The translations under genes and the position numbers were made by a program. The notes under the pieces are model-generated. The model was not told the origin of the DNA and searched no databases. It saw only the letters and a program-made list of their open reading frames with translations. Shown here piece after piece: positions 1 to 9,815 of a DNA stretch of 64,000 nucleotides; position 1 is the stretch's first letter; each line of letters starts with the position of its first letter. The stretch lies in contig RFPC01000005.1 in NCBI GenBank assembly GCA_009926305.1, positions 7,649-71,648 of the forward strand, read 5' to 3'. This DNA is from a bacterium (lineage in GTDB: Bacteria > Bdellovibrionota_C > UBA2361 > RFPC01).

Positions 1-1831
1 GTTTTATGAACACATCGGAGTAGATGTTTGGGGAATAGGAAGAGCCCTGCTCACAAATATCAGATCCGGCAGCATAGTGCAGGGAGCTAGTACCATAACC
101 CAACAACTTGCAAAGAACCTCTTTCTTTCACCACGGCGTACAGTAACTCGCAAAATCCATGAGCTCTTTATCGCTATTTTACTCGAGCTCCATCTTTCAA
201 AAGAGGAGATTCTTAGTTTATACCTCAATGAAGTGTATCTCGGACAAGAGGGTCGTTCCGCTCTGCATGGGATGGAAGCCGCGGCTCAGAGCTTTTTCAG
301 AAAATCTGCATCAGAGGTATCAGTAGATGAGGCTGCACTCCTTGCTGGAATAATTAAAGCACCATCAAGCTACAATCCGAGAAGATACCTAAAACGGGCC
401 ATACAACGACGGAACATTGTCCTGGCAGCCCTTCATGATGAAGACTATCTCACCGCAAGTGAAGAAGAGGCGCTCAGAAAAACAAATCCCACGATCCACA
501 AGCCTCTTTTCACCGGAAGATATGCTCCCTTTTTTGAAATTGTCCTGGAGCGTTCTCTGGCAGAAAAGGTAAACCTCGAAGCACTCAGAGGACGAGGAGC
601 TCAGGTTGTTACCGGACTTTCCAGAGAACTACAACTTTGCGGTGAAGAGGCATTGTCTCAAGGATTGAAGCAAATTGAACGCAACTTTCCGACACTCCGA
701 CCGAACAAAGAGAGAAGCCTCCAAGGTGGACTCGTCGCATTAGATCCAACCTCGGGACTCATCAGGGCATGGATTGGCGGGCGAGAATACTCAAAGAATC
801 AGTTCGACCATGTTTCTCAAGCAAAGCGCCCGATTGGCTCAACCGTAAAGCCATTCATTTACCTTACGGCACTGGATCCAGCACTGAATACGTATAAGAC
901 TGCTACGCTTCGCTCCACCCTTCCCGATCAGCCGATTTCGGTGAAACTTCCCAATGGAGACCGATGGGAGCCCTCAAACTCAGATCGAAAATTCCGGGGG
1001 AAAGTAACTCTACGCTATGCATTGGAACACTCCCTCAACCTGCCACCTATTCATATCACTCGACAGGTAGGGGTTGAGACTGTGCAGAAAACTTTGCAAC
1101 GTTTCGAGCTTCATCCAAACCCGCCGGCAGTACTCTCGCTCGCCCTTGGCACACTTGAAACGAACCTTTTGTCTCTGACTGCAGCATACGGGGCACTTGC
1201 TAACCACGGAGTGCTCGTACGACCACGTCTTTTCGACAGGATTGAAGACGGTGATGGAGATTTGCTCTATAGCAATCGGTATGACCGAGAGCCAGTTGCT
1301 GATCCTGGAGCGACCTTTTTATTGAAAGATGCACTTCAGGGGGTAATCTCCCGTGGGACTGGGAAAAATGCCCAGCCCCAGACTACACTCGCTCCTCTGG
1401 GAGGAAAGACAGGGACGTCACAAAAATCGAGAGATGCCTGGTTCATAGGAATGGCCCCCCAAATCGTAGCAGGAGTTTGGGTGGGTTATGACGACAATAC
1501 TTCCATCCGGCTCAGTGGAGGAAGCGCTGCAGCACCCATCTGGAGACGATTCATCGAGTGTAGCTCGCCCTACCTCGCCTCGATAGAGCCCCTGATGCCT
1601 TTAAATATCGTCCGTTCAGCACTCGATAGTGAAACTGGAGAACTCTTTTCCGATAGATGCCCAGAGCATCAACAGGTATACGAGCTATTCTTACGAGGCA
1701 CTGCCCCAAAACGCCCCTGCACTCTGCACGGAGGTGTGATATTGTCAGAGGACGAAACATTAACCACTCATCAGAGGAGAAAAAATGGTCAAAAGCGCAA
1801 AGGGTTTTTTGAACGCTTCTTTGGCAACTAA
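1..1831 (+). CDS. mrcA: Class A penicillin-binding protein PBP1A (transglycosylase/transpeptidase), 5'-partial
   Basis: Frame 2 is open from the window edge. The GT51 motif (IVQGASTITQQLAKNLFL) is followed by a transpeptidase domain with KTGT. The ORF runs off the left edge. Confidence 0.9.
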   Translation, partial: FYEHIGVDVWGIGRALLTNIRSGSIVQGASTITQQLAKNLFLSPRRTVTRKIHELFIAILLELHLSKEEILSLYLNEVYLGQEGRSALHGMEAAAQSFFRKSASEVSVDEAALLAGIIKAPSSYNPRRYLKRAIQRRNIVLAALHDEDYLTASEEEALRKTNPTIHKPLFTGRYAPFFEIVLERSLAEKVNLEALRGRGAQVVTGLSRELQLCGEEALSQGLKQIERNFPTLRPNKERSLQGGLVALDPTSGLIRAWIGGREYSKNQFDHVSQAKRPIGSTVKPFIYLTALDPALNTYKTATLRSTLPDQPISVKLPNGDRWEPSNSDRKFRGKVTLRYALEHSLNLPPIHITRQVGVETVQKTLQRFELHPNPPAVLSLALGTLETNLLSLTAAYGALANHGVLVRPRLFDRIEDGDGDLLYSNRYDREPVADPGATFLLKDALQGVISRGTGKNAQPQTTLAPLGGKTGTSQKSRDAWFIGMAPQIVAGVWVGYDDNTSIRLSGGSAAAPIWRRFIECSSPYLASIEPLMPLNIVRSALDSETGELFSDRCPEHQQVYELFLRGTAPKRPCTLHGGVILSEDETLTTHQRRKNGQKRKGFFERFFGN

Positions 1832-2507
1832 AGTCGTTGTATCACTGATCATCAGCATCGCGGTAACGAGTTTCGCACTTGCTCAGGAAATCCTTCCACG
1901 TCCAGAGAACCCGAGCAACGCAGAGCTTACGAATCAAGCAGACAATCAACAAACACAGATTCTCGTTGATAGTAATACCCTACGTACAGCCATTTTTGCA
2001 GGAGGGTGCTTTTGGTGCATGGAACCTCCATTTGACGCTCTCCCCGGGGTACACGATACAACGGCAGGATATACAGGGGGAACAACACCCGATCCTACGT
2101 ATGCAGAGGTTGCAGGGAAGGCAACGGGACACTATGAAGCAGTGCGTGTTACCTACAATCCCAACATTATTACTTACGCGAAGCTCCTTGAAATTTTCTG
2201 GCGTAATATCGACCCTCTTGATGACAAAGGACAGTTTTGTGACCGAGGAACTCCGTATCTCAGTGCTATTTTTGTTGATACGGAAGAAGAAAGAACCCTA
2301 GCAGAGGAGAGCAAGCAAAAAACTCAAAAAGACCTGGAGGACAAAGGGACGGTAGTTACCCGAATATTGCAACGAGCAAAGTTTTACGAGGCTGAGGAAT
2401 ACCATCAAAACTATGCTCAGAAGAACCAACTCCGCTACAAGTATTACCGGAAAGCATGTAAGAGGGACTTTCGTTTAGAAGAGCTCTGGGGACTCATCTT
2501 TTCGTAG
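1785..2507 (+). CDS. msrA: Peptide methionine sulfoxide reductase MsrA with N-terminal signal/anchor
   Basis: GCFWC active-site motif with a hydrophobic N-terminal segment. The start overlaps the PBP 3' end by 47 nt, so it may instead be the downstream in-frame TTG. Confidence 0.8.
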   Translation: MVKSAKGFLNASLATKVVVSLIISIAVTSFALAQEILPRPENPSNAELTNQADNQQTQILVDSNTLRTAIFAGGCFWCMEPPFDALPGVHDTTAGYTGGTTPDPTYAEVAGKATGHYEAVRVTYNPNIITYAKLLEIFWRNIDPLDDKGQFCDRGTPYLSAIFVDTEEERTLAEESKQKTQKDLEDKGTVVTRILQRAKFYEAEEYHQNYAQKNQLRYKYYRKACKRDFRLEELWGLIFS

Positions 2508-2508
2508 G

Positions 2509-3753
2509 ATGTTGAGCATGTCTGAGTTTGATGTTCTCATTATTGGCGGCGGTATCAGTGGTCTCAATGCCGCAAAAGAACTGTATGAGAATGACAAAAA
2601 ATTTCTGATTCTGGAGAAAACCGGTGCGCTCGGAGGTCGAATCCGCACAGACAGAGAATCGGGATTTCAGCTTGATCGAGGATTTCAAATCCTGCTTCCT
2701 GGATATGAAGAGGCTCAAGATGCTCTCGATTACCATACTCTTGATCTGCGGTATTTTACCCCAGGAGTGAGAATATGGCTCGAGAAGAGATGGCAGGAAC
2801 TCCGAGACCCACTGGATGCCCCGTGGAAGTCCATGAAGGGATTATTCTCTTCTGTTGGCTCACTCAATGATAAGCTCGGAATGATTGCTCTGAGCCTCCG
2901 CAGTCAAAAAGGCACCCTCCAAGGTCGTCCCGAGCTCTCGACTGAAGAATACCTAAAAAAAATCAGCTTTTCGGAAAAGATCATAGGAAATTTCTTTCAG
3001 CCTTTTCTCAAAGGAGTATTCCTCGAACAGAGCTTGTCACGCTCCAGCTCCGAGTTCGCTTTTTATTTTTCTCACTTTGCAAACACAGGGGGAGCTCTTC
3101 CTTCTCGGGGCATGGAGAGTATCCCTTTACAACTTGCAGAGAGCATACCAGAGGAATCTGTTCGGACAGATGCAACAGTGCAAGCAGTGACTGAAGGGAA
3201 AGTTACTCTCGCAACTGGAGAGGAGCTCTATGCTCCACATATTATTCTCGCTGTTGATCAATCCTCGGCCTTAGAGCTTCTTCCGAAGAGCACTCCTTAC
3301 CAAAAGCCCAAGATACGGGGCACTATGTGTATGTACTTCACGGGAGCCAAACGAAACGAGATGCCTCCTCTCATTCATCTCGTTCCACAATCAAGGAACG
3401 GAATCGCAAATATCGCCCCTCTCTCTGCTGTAGCATCTGAGTATGCGCCTCCAGAAAACTGCCTTTTTTCAGTGAATATCACACTTGATGAAAGTTTTAA
3501 TGGGACATCTCCTGCAGCGAATGAGATCAAAGAAGAGCTTATCGAACTTTTTGGCGATGCGATGCAAGAGGCTACACACCTAAAGACCTACACCATTCCG
3601 TATGCTCTCCCCTCCAACAACACTCATTTTGAATCAAACGAGCTCCCGAAAGGGGTATATCTTGCAGGGGATTGGGCTCTTCAAGGGAGTATTAACGGGG
3701 CGCTTCAGTCAGGACGCTTAGCGGTGGAGAACATTCTCAGAGCCACACTCTAG
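2509..3753 (+). CDS. NAD(P)/FAD-dependent oxidoreductase (amine-oxidase / protoporphyrinogen-oxidase-like fold)
   Basis: N-terminal Rossmann dinucleotide motif DVLIIGGGISGLNAA...LILEK...GGR, 414 aa. Confidence 0.7.
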   Translation: MLSMSEFDVLIIGGGISGLNAAKELYENDKKFLILEKTGALGGRIRTDRESGFQLDRGFQILLPGYEEAQDALDYHTLDLRYFTPGVRIWLEKRWQELRDPLDAPWKSMKGLFSSVGSLNDKLGMIALSLRSQKGTLQGRPELSTEEYLKKISFSEKIIGNFFQPFLKGVFLEQSLSRSSSEFAFYFSHFANTGGALPSRGMESIPLQLAESIPEESVRTDATVQAVTEGKVTLATGEELYAPHIILAVDQSSALELLPKSTPYQKPKIRGTMCMYFTGAKRNEMPPLIHLVPQSRNGIANIAPLSAVASEYAPPENCLFSVNITLDESFNGTSPAANEIKEELIELFGDAMQEATHLKTYTIPYALPSNNTHFESNELPKGVYLAGDWALQGSINGALQSGRLAVENILRATL

Positions 3754-3870
3754 AGCGCGGAGCGCTACAGACTCTAGAGCGCGGGGCACTACAGGCTTTA
3801 GAGCGCGGGGCGCTACAGGCTTTAGAGCGCGGGGCGCTACAGACTTTAGAGCGCGGGGCGCTACAGACCC
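3751..3870. repeat. Tandem direct repeat, 24 bp x5 (consensus tagagcgcggggcgctacagactt), each unit holding an AGCGC-GGG-GCGCT hairpin
   Basis: Five near-identical head-to-tail units start at the stop codon of the upstream CDS, in a convergent intergenic region. Confidence 0.9.
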
Positions 3871-3911
3871 TAGTCTACAGAGAAGGTGGGGAGAGAAATT
3901 GTGAAGACATC

Positions 3912-4331
3912 TCAGCCGACAACGCTCTTCAACATTGAGACCATGCCCATCAACCCTTGACCCTTTCCCATAGAGAGTGTTCTTCCAAAAATCTGATACG
4001 CTATGTCCACTGGAATTGATTTGATTTCATCCGCTGGAAGGCCACTCAGAGTTTGTTGAATGATCGAGGCCATCGCCATCGCCGATATTCCCTGAGGATT
4101 CTCTATCGCATAGTGAAAATCATAACTTCCATCACCGCGGGCCCTCGCAAACATGAAGACCTCAGATTCACAGCCCGGAACCCGATTCTCCTCTGGATAC
4201 GGGGTCGTAGCGATATCAGCCGTGACGGGCTCAAACTCATCTGCGAGTTCGATAAGAATCTCAGCTCGCGTATCCTCATCCGTGAGAGATAGCTCTTCTA
4301 TAAGCGCTTGAAGTTTCTCCGGTAGAACCAT
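3912..4331 (-). CDS. sufE: SufE-like cysteine desulfuration (sulfur acceptor) protein
   Basis: Conserved VPGCESEVF sulfur-acceptor cysteine region, 139 aa. Confidence 0.75.
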   Translation of the reverse strand: MVLPEKLQALIEELSLTDEDTRAEILIELADEFEPVTADIATTPYPEENRVPGCESEVFMFARARGDGSYDFHYAIENPQGISAMAMASIIQQTLSGLPADEIKSIPVDIAYQIFGRTLSMGKGQGLMGMVSMLKSVVG

Positions 4332-4350
4332 CTTTCCTTCCCTCTCGCTC

Positions 4351-5217
4351 TTATGAGCGTTCGATTGGAACTCCCACTAAGTTTCCCCATTCGGTCCAAC
4401 TTCCATCGTAGTTTTTCACATCCTCAAAACCCAACAGGTATTTTAGCACAAACCACGTGTGACTGCTGCGCTCACCTATTCGGCAATACGCAATAGTTGG
4501 ATCTTCAGGCCGCAGGTTCTGTTCATTGAGGTAAATCTCTTTGAGCATCGGTGCTGAAAGGAAGGTCCCGTCCTCTTGAGATATTGCCCTGGCCCATGGA
4601 ATGCTCTTGGCTCCAGGAATGTGCCCGCCGCGTAAGGCCCCCTCATTTGGATAGTCTGGCATGTGGAGTCGTTCGCCCGAAAACTCCTCAGGGCTCCGCA
4701 CATCTACCAGCGATTTGCCCATGTTGAGATGTGCGAGTACCTGTTCTCGAAAAGCGCGCTGAGATGCATCATCTCGTTCGACGACTCCATAGACCGTTGG
4801 CTCAAAATTTGGCACTTCACGTGTTAACTCACGTCCTTCCTTCATCCACTTAAGACGACCGCCATCCATAACTTTGGTGTTCGTATGACCGAAGAGGCTG
4901 AAGACCCACAGTGCATAACATGCCCACCAGTTATTCTTATCGCCGTAAAATACAACAGTCGTATCAGGAGTAATTCCTATCCGAGAGGCAAGCTCAGAAA
5001 AGTGAGTTGCATCCAAGTAATCTCGACAGACCGGATCGTTCAGATCTCTGATCCAATCTACTTCCACCGCGTTTTCAATATGACCACTACGGTAGAGCAA
5101 CTGATCCTCATTAGATTCAATGAGTCGTATCGCTGGATTTTCTCGATGGCTTGCCACCCATTCCGTTGAAACAAGCATTTCGGGGCAGGCATACCCTCGT
5201 TCTTCAATTGGAGACAT
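4351..5217 (-). CDS. Two-domain rhodanese (thiosulfate / 3-mercaptopyruvate sulfurtransferase)
   Basis: Tandem rhodanese domains with the C-terminal active-site loop CRIGERSSH, 288 aa. Confidence 0.8.
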   Translation of the reverse strand: MSPIEERGYACPEMLVSTEWVASHRENPAIRLIESNEDQLLYRSGHIENAVEVDWIRDLNDPVCRDYLDATHFSELASRIGITPDTTVVFYGDKNNWWACYALWVFSLFGHTNTKVMDGGRLKWMKEGRELTREVPNFEPTVYGVVERDDASQRAFREQVLAHLNMGKSLVDVRSPEEFSGERLHMPDYPNEGALRGGHIPGAKSIPWARAISQEDGTFLSAPMLKEIYLNEQNLRPEDPTIAYCRIGERSSHTWFVLKYLLGFEDVKNYDGSWTEWGNLVGVPIERS

Positions 5218-5338
5218 AGGATTCTCTTCTTTTTATACCACTCTACTCAAACGACTCGGCGTTCTCTCTGCGAGCAACAGCAATTTTTTGCCGTCATTCT
5301 TCAACAAAGGAACAAAGATGCCTTCAGAGATCTGACTC

Positions 5339-5728
5339 CTAAGAGGCTTTTGCCACCCAGCTGTTACACCACCCTTGATGACTTACCAGGCCGTCAGCAA
5401 ACAACGCACATTTGCCCCACTTTCCTTCTTTGCCAGCGACTTCCATATCTCTCTGTACGAGCAACTGACAGTTGCTACAGAACTGGCTTTTTCCGGCTTC
5501 ACCGGCACGCTTCGGAAATTTTGCCGTGTCTACCTTTGATGCATCATGCATATATCCAAGCGCTGAAGCCATCGGATGATTCTCAGGGAGAGCGCCAAGA
5601 CCTTGCGCCTCCACATACCGCGCCTTCAAAATCGAGCCGCCTGATACTTTTTCTAACGTTGATGCAACTGGCACAGCCGCTATTGCCGCTAATCCCTTTT
5701 TGATAAACGCTCTTCGATCGCATGCCAT
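5339..5728 (-). CDS. High-potential iron-sulfur protein (HiPIP) with twin-arginine (Tat) signal peptide
   Basis: CxxC-x19-C-x13-C spacing with GWCNSW, plus an RRAFIKKGLAAIA Tat motif. A GAGGAG RBS lies 6 nt before the internal ATG at 5728. The longer ORF (to 5908) only adds a repeat-derived MFSCEQGS x3. Confidence 0.75.
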   Translation of the reverse strand: MACDRRAFIKKGLAAIAAVPVASTLEKVSGGSILKARYVEAQGLGALPENHPMASALGYMHDASKVDTAKFPKRAGEAGKSQFCSNCQLLVQRDMEVAGKEGKWGKCALFADGLVSHQGWCNSWVAKAS

Positions 5729-5789
5729 AGGAAACTCCTCACAATTATTCGTTTTCGCAAACTTACAACCCGCTGCACCACACTCCCAC

Positions 5790-5929
5790 CCTTCAGGTCC
5801 CGCTGACAACACCTTCAGGTCCCGCTGACAACACGTCGAGCCTTGCTCGCACGAGAACATCGAGCCTTGCTCGCACGAGAACATCGAGCCTTGCTCGCAC
5901 GAGAACATCGAGCCTTGCTCGAAGGAGAA
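5790..5929. repeat. Two adjacent tandem repeat families: 22 bp x2 (ccttcaggtcccgctgacaaca), then 24 bp x4 (catcgagccttgctcgcacgagaa)
   Basis: Direct sequence repeats in the divergent HiPIP/htrA intergenic region, 60-200 nt upstream of the HiPIP start. Confidence 0.9.
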
Positions 5930-6195
5930 TGATTTCAGCTTTCAGTAGCAACAGTAAGACGCATCGAGCTCGCCTTCCTTTCACTTGCTATAGTTTTAGC
6001 ATGGTGGAGCAAGATAGCAACTTTTAGCATATGAAATATCAGGTGGTTATGGAGATTCTTCATTCTCAACTGGTGTTAATGGTCATTGCTCAGCTGATGC
6101 TAGCTCTTAGCGGGCTGCCGGAATAACATCATGAATAAATCCCATGTAAAAACGTCAAATAGTCGTTTAGGATACACGCTCTCCCGCTTTTAGGA

Positions 6196-7827
6196 TTGAT
6201 GAACATGCTCTACTATTCTCCAACTATGAATTCTTGTTCCCAACACATTCAGCAGACCTCCCGAGTGTCACCCTCCTCCCGAGTGTCATCCCGAATAGTC
6301 GACCGATGTATTGGCTCGTCGATTGACTCAAACAAAGGCTCGGGTCGAAAAATAGGACCGGCATACTTCGGGCTCATTTTTTCTTTTCTCTTCACAACGC
6401 TCTGCTGCGCAACTCCTGGCTTCGCCCAGGAACAAGAGCAAGCATTGCAATATGCACAGAGTCTCTCTCGAGCCTTCGAAAGCGTCGCTACTACCATAAC
6501 GCCAGCGCTTGTTAATATTCGCGCCGTTTCAAAACCAGCAGCAACGCAAAATCTTCGCGGAGACAACAACGAACCGTCGCCTCTCCCTCCAGGGATTCCT
6601 GCCCCGTTTCGTGACTTTTTTGAACACTTCGGGAAGCAACCTCCGTTTAACGGCGACACGACTCCTCAACAAGGGTTAGGATCAGGAGTAATCGTGGACT
6701 CAGAGGGGCACATTCTTACCAACAATCACGTAATAGCGAATGCAGATGAGGTCTCCGTTCGCCTCTCCGATGGACGGTCATTCGATGCAACAATTGTAGG
6801 TGCCGACAAGAGAACAGATCTCGCAGTAATCAAGATAGATGCGCCGGAACTCATTCCGGCTGCACTGGGAGACTCTGACCATCTCAAGATTGGAGAATGG
6901 GTTGTTGCTGCAGGCACTCCGTTTGGACTTGAGAACACGATTACCGCTGGAATTGTCAGCGCAAAGGGTCGTTCAATCCTGGGCGGAAACTCTTATGAAG
7001 ACTTCATTCAGACCGATGCTGCCATCAATCCAGGCAATAGTGGAGGCCCGCTCGCAAATCTTAATGGTCAGGTAGTAGGTATAAACACCGCAATATTCTC
7101 TCGCTCAGGCGGATACATGGGGGTTGGATTTGCAATCCCTATCAATATGGCTCGACAAATCATGCAAAGTCTCATTACCGAGGGGAAGGTGGTTCGGGGC
7201 TGGTTAGGAGTGGTCATTCAAGAGCTATCCAAAGAACTCGCGGAGTCATTTCAATATAACGACACCAAGGGAGCTCTCGTTTCCGAAATCGCCGAGGATG
7301 GCCCGGCTGCGAAGGGCGGTCTTCGACAGGGTGACATCATCACAGAGTTTAATGGGAAACAAATTACCTCGGTCAATGACTTGCGCAATCTCGTTGCAGC
7401 GCAACGTCCAGAGACGAGAGTTGCAATTACTCTCATTCGCGATGGAAAGCAGAAACAGATACGGCTTACACTTGGGGAACTTCCGAATAATATTGAGCAG
7501 CCTGCTTCCCTCGACAAAGATGACTCGGCACAACCTGACTATCAGTCTTCGCTCGGCATCCACGTAGAGCCGCTAACTGATCAGTTACAACAACAACTCA
7601 GATCCAGAACGAAAACGGGAGTGGTGGTGACCCGTGTGGAACCTTCAAGTGCTGCTGCCGAGGCTCATATTCGGGTAGGAGATATTATAAAAAGTATTGA
7701 TGGTGAACCGATAACAACTATCAAAGAGTTTCAGAAACTGCTCGAAGCAGTTGACCTCAAGAAGGGAGCACGCGTGCTTTTAGAAAGTGGGGGCATTGAT
7801 CGCTTCGTCTTCATCCGGGAAAAGTAA
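6196..7827 (+). CDS. htrA: Periplasmic serine endoprotease HtrA/DegP/DegQ family (trypsin-like domain plus two PDZ)
   Basis: Catalytic triad context HILTNNHV...DLAVIKI...GNSGGPL followed by two PDZ-like regions. The N-terminal start is uncertain (TTG 6196 or ATG 6199/6205) because the hydrophobic segment lies about 60 aa in. Confidence 0.88.
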   Translation: MMNMLYYSPTMNSCSQHIQQTSRVSPSSRVSSRIVDRCIGSSIDSNKGSGRKIGPAYFGLIFSFLFTTLCCATPGFAQEQEQALQYAQSLSRAFESVATTITPALVNIRAVSKPAATQNLRGDNNEPSPLPPGIPAPFRDFFEHFGKQPPFNGDTTPQQGLGSGVIVDSEGHILTNNHVIANADEVSVRLSDGRSFDATIVGADKRTDLAVIKIDAPELIPAALGDSDHLKIGEWVVAAGTPFGLENTITAGIVSAKGRSILGGNSYEDFIQTDAAINPGNSGGPLANLNGQVVGINTAIFSRSGGYMGVGFAIPINMARQIMQSLITEGKVVRGWLGVVIQELSKELAESFQYNDTKGALVSEIAEDGPAAKGGLRQGDIITEFNGKQITSVNDLRNLVAAQRPETRVAITLIRDGKQKQIRLTLGELPNNIEQPASLDKDDSAQPDYQSSLGIHVEPLTDQLQQQLRSRTKTGVVVTRVEPSSAAAEAHIRVGDIIKSIDGEPITTIKEFQKLLEAVDLKKGARVLLESGGIDRFVFIREK

Positions 7828-8253
7828 ATGATTCGAATAACTGAATCGCCTCTCCTCCTCATACTTGTAGCCGTTGTATATGCCATCATTCCGCTAGACG
7901 TACTTCCGGACTTCATGAAACCGCTCGGACTCCTCGATGACGTCGTCGTTTTGGGGATCGTAATCTGGCACCTTTTGAGATTGGCGAAAAATCGCAATTC
8001 ACAAGGAGTAAGATTTGCTGAAGGTGTTTCGAGTCCTTCCCAAACAGCGGAAAAAGAAACCCCGCACGCTGTGCTCGGCGTTTCGCTGAATGCTACGCAA
8101 GAAGAAATTGAAAAAGCCTATAAACAAAAGATTAAGGAACACCATCCGGATCGAGTACACGGCCTTGGGAGAGAGATTCGAGAAGTTGCAGAGCGAAAGA
8201 CTCAACAAATCAACGAGGCGTATGACGTATTGCGCAAAGAGCAACAAGCGTAG
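7828..8253 (+). CDS. Membrane-anchored J-domain protein (DUF1232/YkvA-like N-terminus plus DnaJ domain with HPD)
   Basis: HPDRV within a J-domain-like helix pattern and an N-terminal hydrophobic LDVLPDFMKPLGLLDDVVVLGIV segment. The start is coupled to the htrA stop (taaATG). Confidence 0.65.
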   Translation: MIRITESPLLLILVAVVYAIIPLDVLPDFMKPLGLLDDVVVLGIVIWHLLRLAKNRNSQGVRFAEGVSSPSQTAEKETPHAVLGVSLNATQEEIEKAYKQKIKEHHPDRVHGLGREIREVAERKTQQINEAYDVLRKEQQA

Positions 8254-8269
8254 GCGGAGGGGAAACAGG

Positions 8270-9055
8270 TTAAGCGAAGAGCTCTGATTGTGTCAGGCGC
8301 TCTACCCCATCTTCAGTAACTAATACGGTGTGTTCCCACTGGGCTGACAATTCTCCATCCGCAGTTCTGACTGTCCATCCATCCACCTTGGAAAGAACTG
8401 TTTTTGCGGTGCCAAGATTAATCATCGGCTCGATGGTAAATGTCATTCCCGGGCGAATTTCAGGACCAGTGCCGCGACGACCAAAGTGAAGAATTTGGGG
8501 GGATTCGTGAAATGCTGCCCCAATGCCATGCCCTGTATACTCGCGAACAATTCCGTAAGGCCTCTCTAAGGATTCGATAAACTCTTGAATCGCTGCACCA
8601 ATGTCCCCAAACCGAGCTCCTGGTCGAACTGCTTCAATCCCTCGATAGAGAGCCTCACGCGTTAGCTGAACAAGCTTTACCGCCTCCTCTGAGCACGCAT
8701 CCTCACCACCGACAAGATACATTCGGCTCGAGTCCCCATGATATCCATGTTTGATAGAAGTAACATCAACGTTAATGATATCTCCCGCTTTCAATGTCTC
8801 ATAGGGAGAAGGAATACCGTGACAAATGACGTCGTTGACAGAAGTACATGACGACTTGGGAAAGCCATGATAGTCAAGAGTCGCTGGAATTGCGCCCCTC
8901 TCGGTTATCATATTGTGAACAAAGGTATTAATCTGCTCTGTAGTGATCCCTGGTCGGATGATATCTCCTACCTTATCAAGCACTTCAGCGGTAATCCGCG
9001 ACGCGGCACGCATGTACTCAATTTCTTTATCGGTTTTCAGTGGTATCTTTGACAT
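8270..9055 (-). CDS. map: Type I methionine aminopeptidase
   Basis: Metal-ligand context GDIINVDV...HGYHGD...FTIEPM. Chosen start is the internal ATG (MSKIPLKTDKEIEYMR), giving 261 aa; the longer ORF adds a hydrophobic extension. Confidence 0.88.
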   Translation of the reverse strand: MSKIPLKTDKEIEYMRAASRITAEVLDKVGDIIRPGITTEQINTFVHNMITERGAIPATLDYHGFPKSSCTSVNDVICHGIPSPYETLKAGDIINVDVTSIKHGYHGDSSRMYLVGGEDACSEEAVKLVQLTREALYRGIEAVRPGARFGDIGAAIQEFIESLERPYGIVREYTGHGIGAAFHESPQILHFGRRGTGPEIRPGMTFTIEPMINLGTAKTVLSKVDGWTVRTADGELSAQWEHTVLVTEDGVERLTQSELFA

Positions 9056-9119
9056 CGCAGTGAGTGTACATTGACCGTCGAGCAGGAGCAACGCTATCAA
9101 AGAGAAAAAGGGAATCACA

Positions 9120-9776
9120 TTGAAAACGCCCCAGATAAAAGAGTTTGATTCTTTCCCCCTCCTCAAGAATTCTCCCACTCTGATGTGCGCTCATTTCGAG
9201 GCGGTCTCACACATTGTGGTACATCCAAAAGAGCTCGAGCATGCTGAGAGACTGAGAACCGAGAAACGTCGAAGAGAATTTCTTGCTGGTAGAAGACTGG
9301 TAAAAGTAGCACTTGGAGATATCGGACCTATCTTGCCATCGGAGAAGCGAGTGCCGCTATTTCCAAATGGGATTCATGCTTCCTTAAGTCATTCGGAAGG
9401 ATATGTCGGACTGTTGCATGCGACTGAACAGCCTCTTGGGCTTGATATTCAGATAGAAAGAAGTGTTTCTCGCGGCTTTCAACAAAGAGTCTGTGCTTCA
9501 AAAGAGGAACACAAAATGGCACCAGTGAATGTGTTCTCAGCGAAAGAGGCAGCGTATAAGGCCCTATCGCCATGGCACGACTTCATTTTTTTCCCGAGAT
9601 TCATTGAATTACGAGAAATTGATGGAGGCACATTCTCGGTATTGAAGATTCGAGGGGAACAGCCTCTCAAGCCGGTGCTCATAAGCCAGTTTACAATTCC
9701 AGATGTCGTTGATGGGAGAGCCTGTATCATATCCGTTGCAGGAGTACCGAATAACACTGATTGTTACAGGGGGTAG
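9120..9776 (+). CDS. 4'-phosphopantetheinyl transferase (Sfp/EntD-type)
   Basis: Motifs LSHSEGYVG, GLDIQ and FSAKEAAYKAL (W/FxxKEA..K). TTG start with an AAAAGGGA RBS-like stretch 7 nt upstream; divergent from map. Confidence 0.7.
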   Translation: MKTPQIKEFDSFPLLKNSPTLMCAHFEAVSHIVVHPKELEHAERLRTEKRRREFLAGRRLVKVALGDIGPILPSEKRVPLFPNGIHASLSHSEGYVGLLHATEQPLGLDIQIERSVSRGFQQRVCASKEEHKMAPVNVFSAKEAAYKALSPWHDFIFFPRFIELREIDGGTFSVLKIRGEQPLKPVLISQFTIPDVVDGRACIISVAGVPNNTDCYRG

Positions 9777-9815
9777 CGATTTATATCTTTGCTCTTCCTC
9801 CCGAGAGCTCCTGTC

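Noticed and set aside
3751-3870. Possible CRISPR array (regular direct repeats)
   Set aside because: Units are directly abutting with no spacers between them, and no cas genes are nearby. The same applies to the other tandem arrays at 5790-5929, 40319-40390, 57447-57520, 59358-59425 and 60468-60537.
5350-5703. 117-aa plus-strand ORF
   Set aside because: Entirely antisense to the HiPIP CDS, which has strong motif support.
5793-5984. 63-aa ORF (RARLDVLV repeats) and the MFSCEQGS x3 N-terminal extension of the HiPIP ORF
   Set aside because: Both are translation artefacts of the 24-bp tandem repeat. The HiPIP has a good RBS and Tat signal at the internal ATG (5728).
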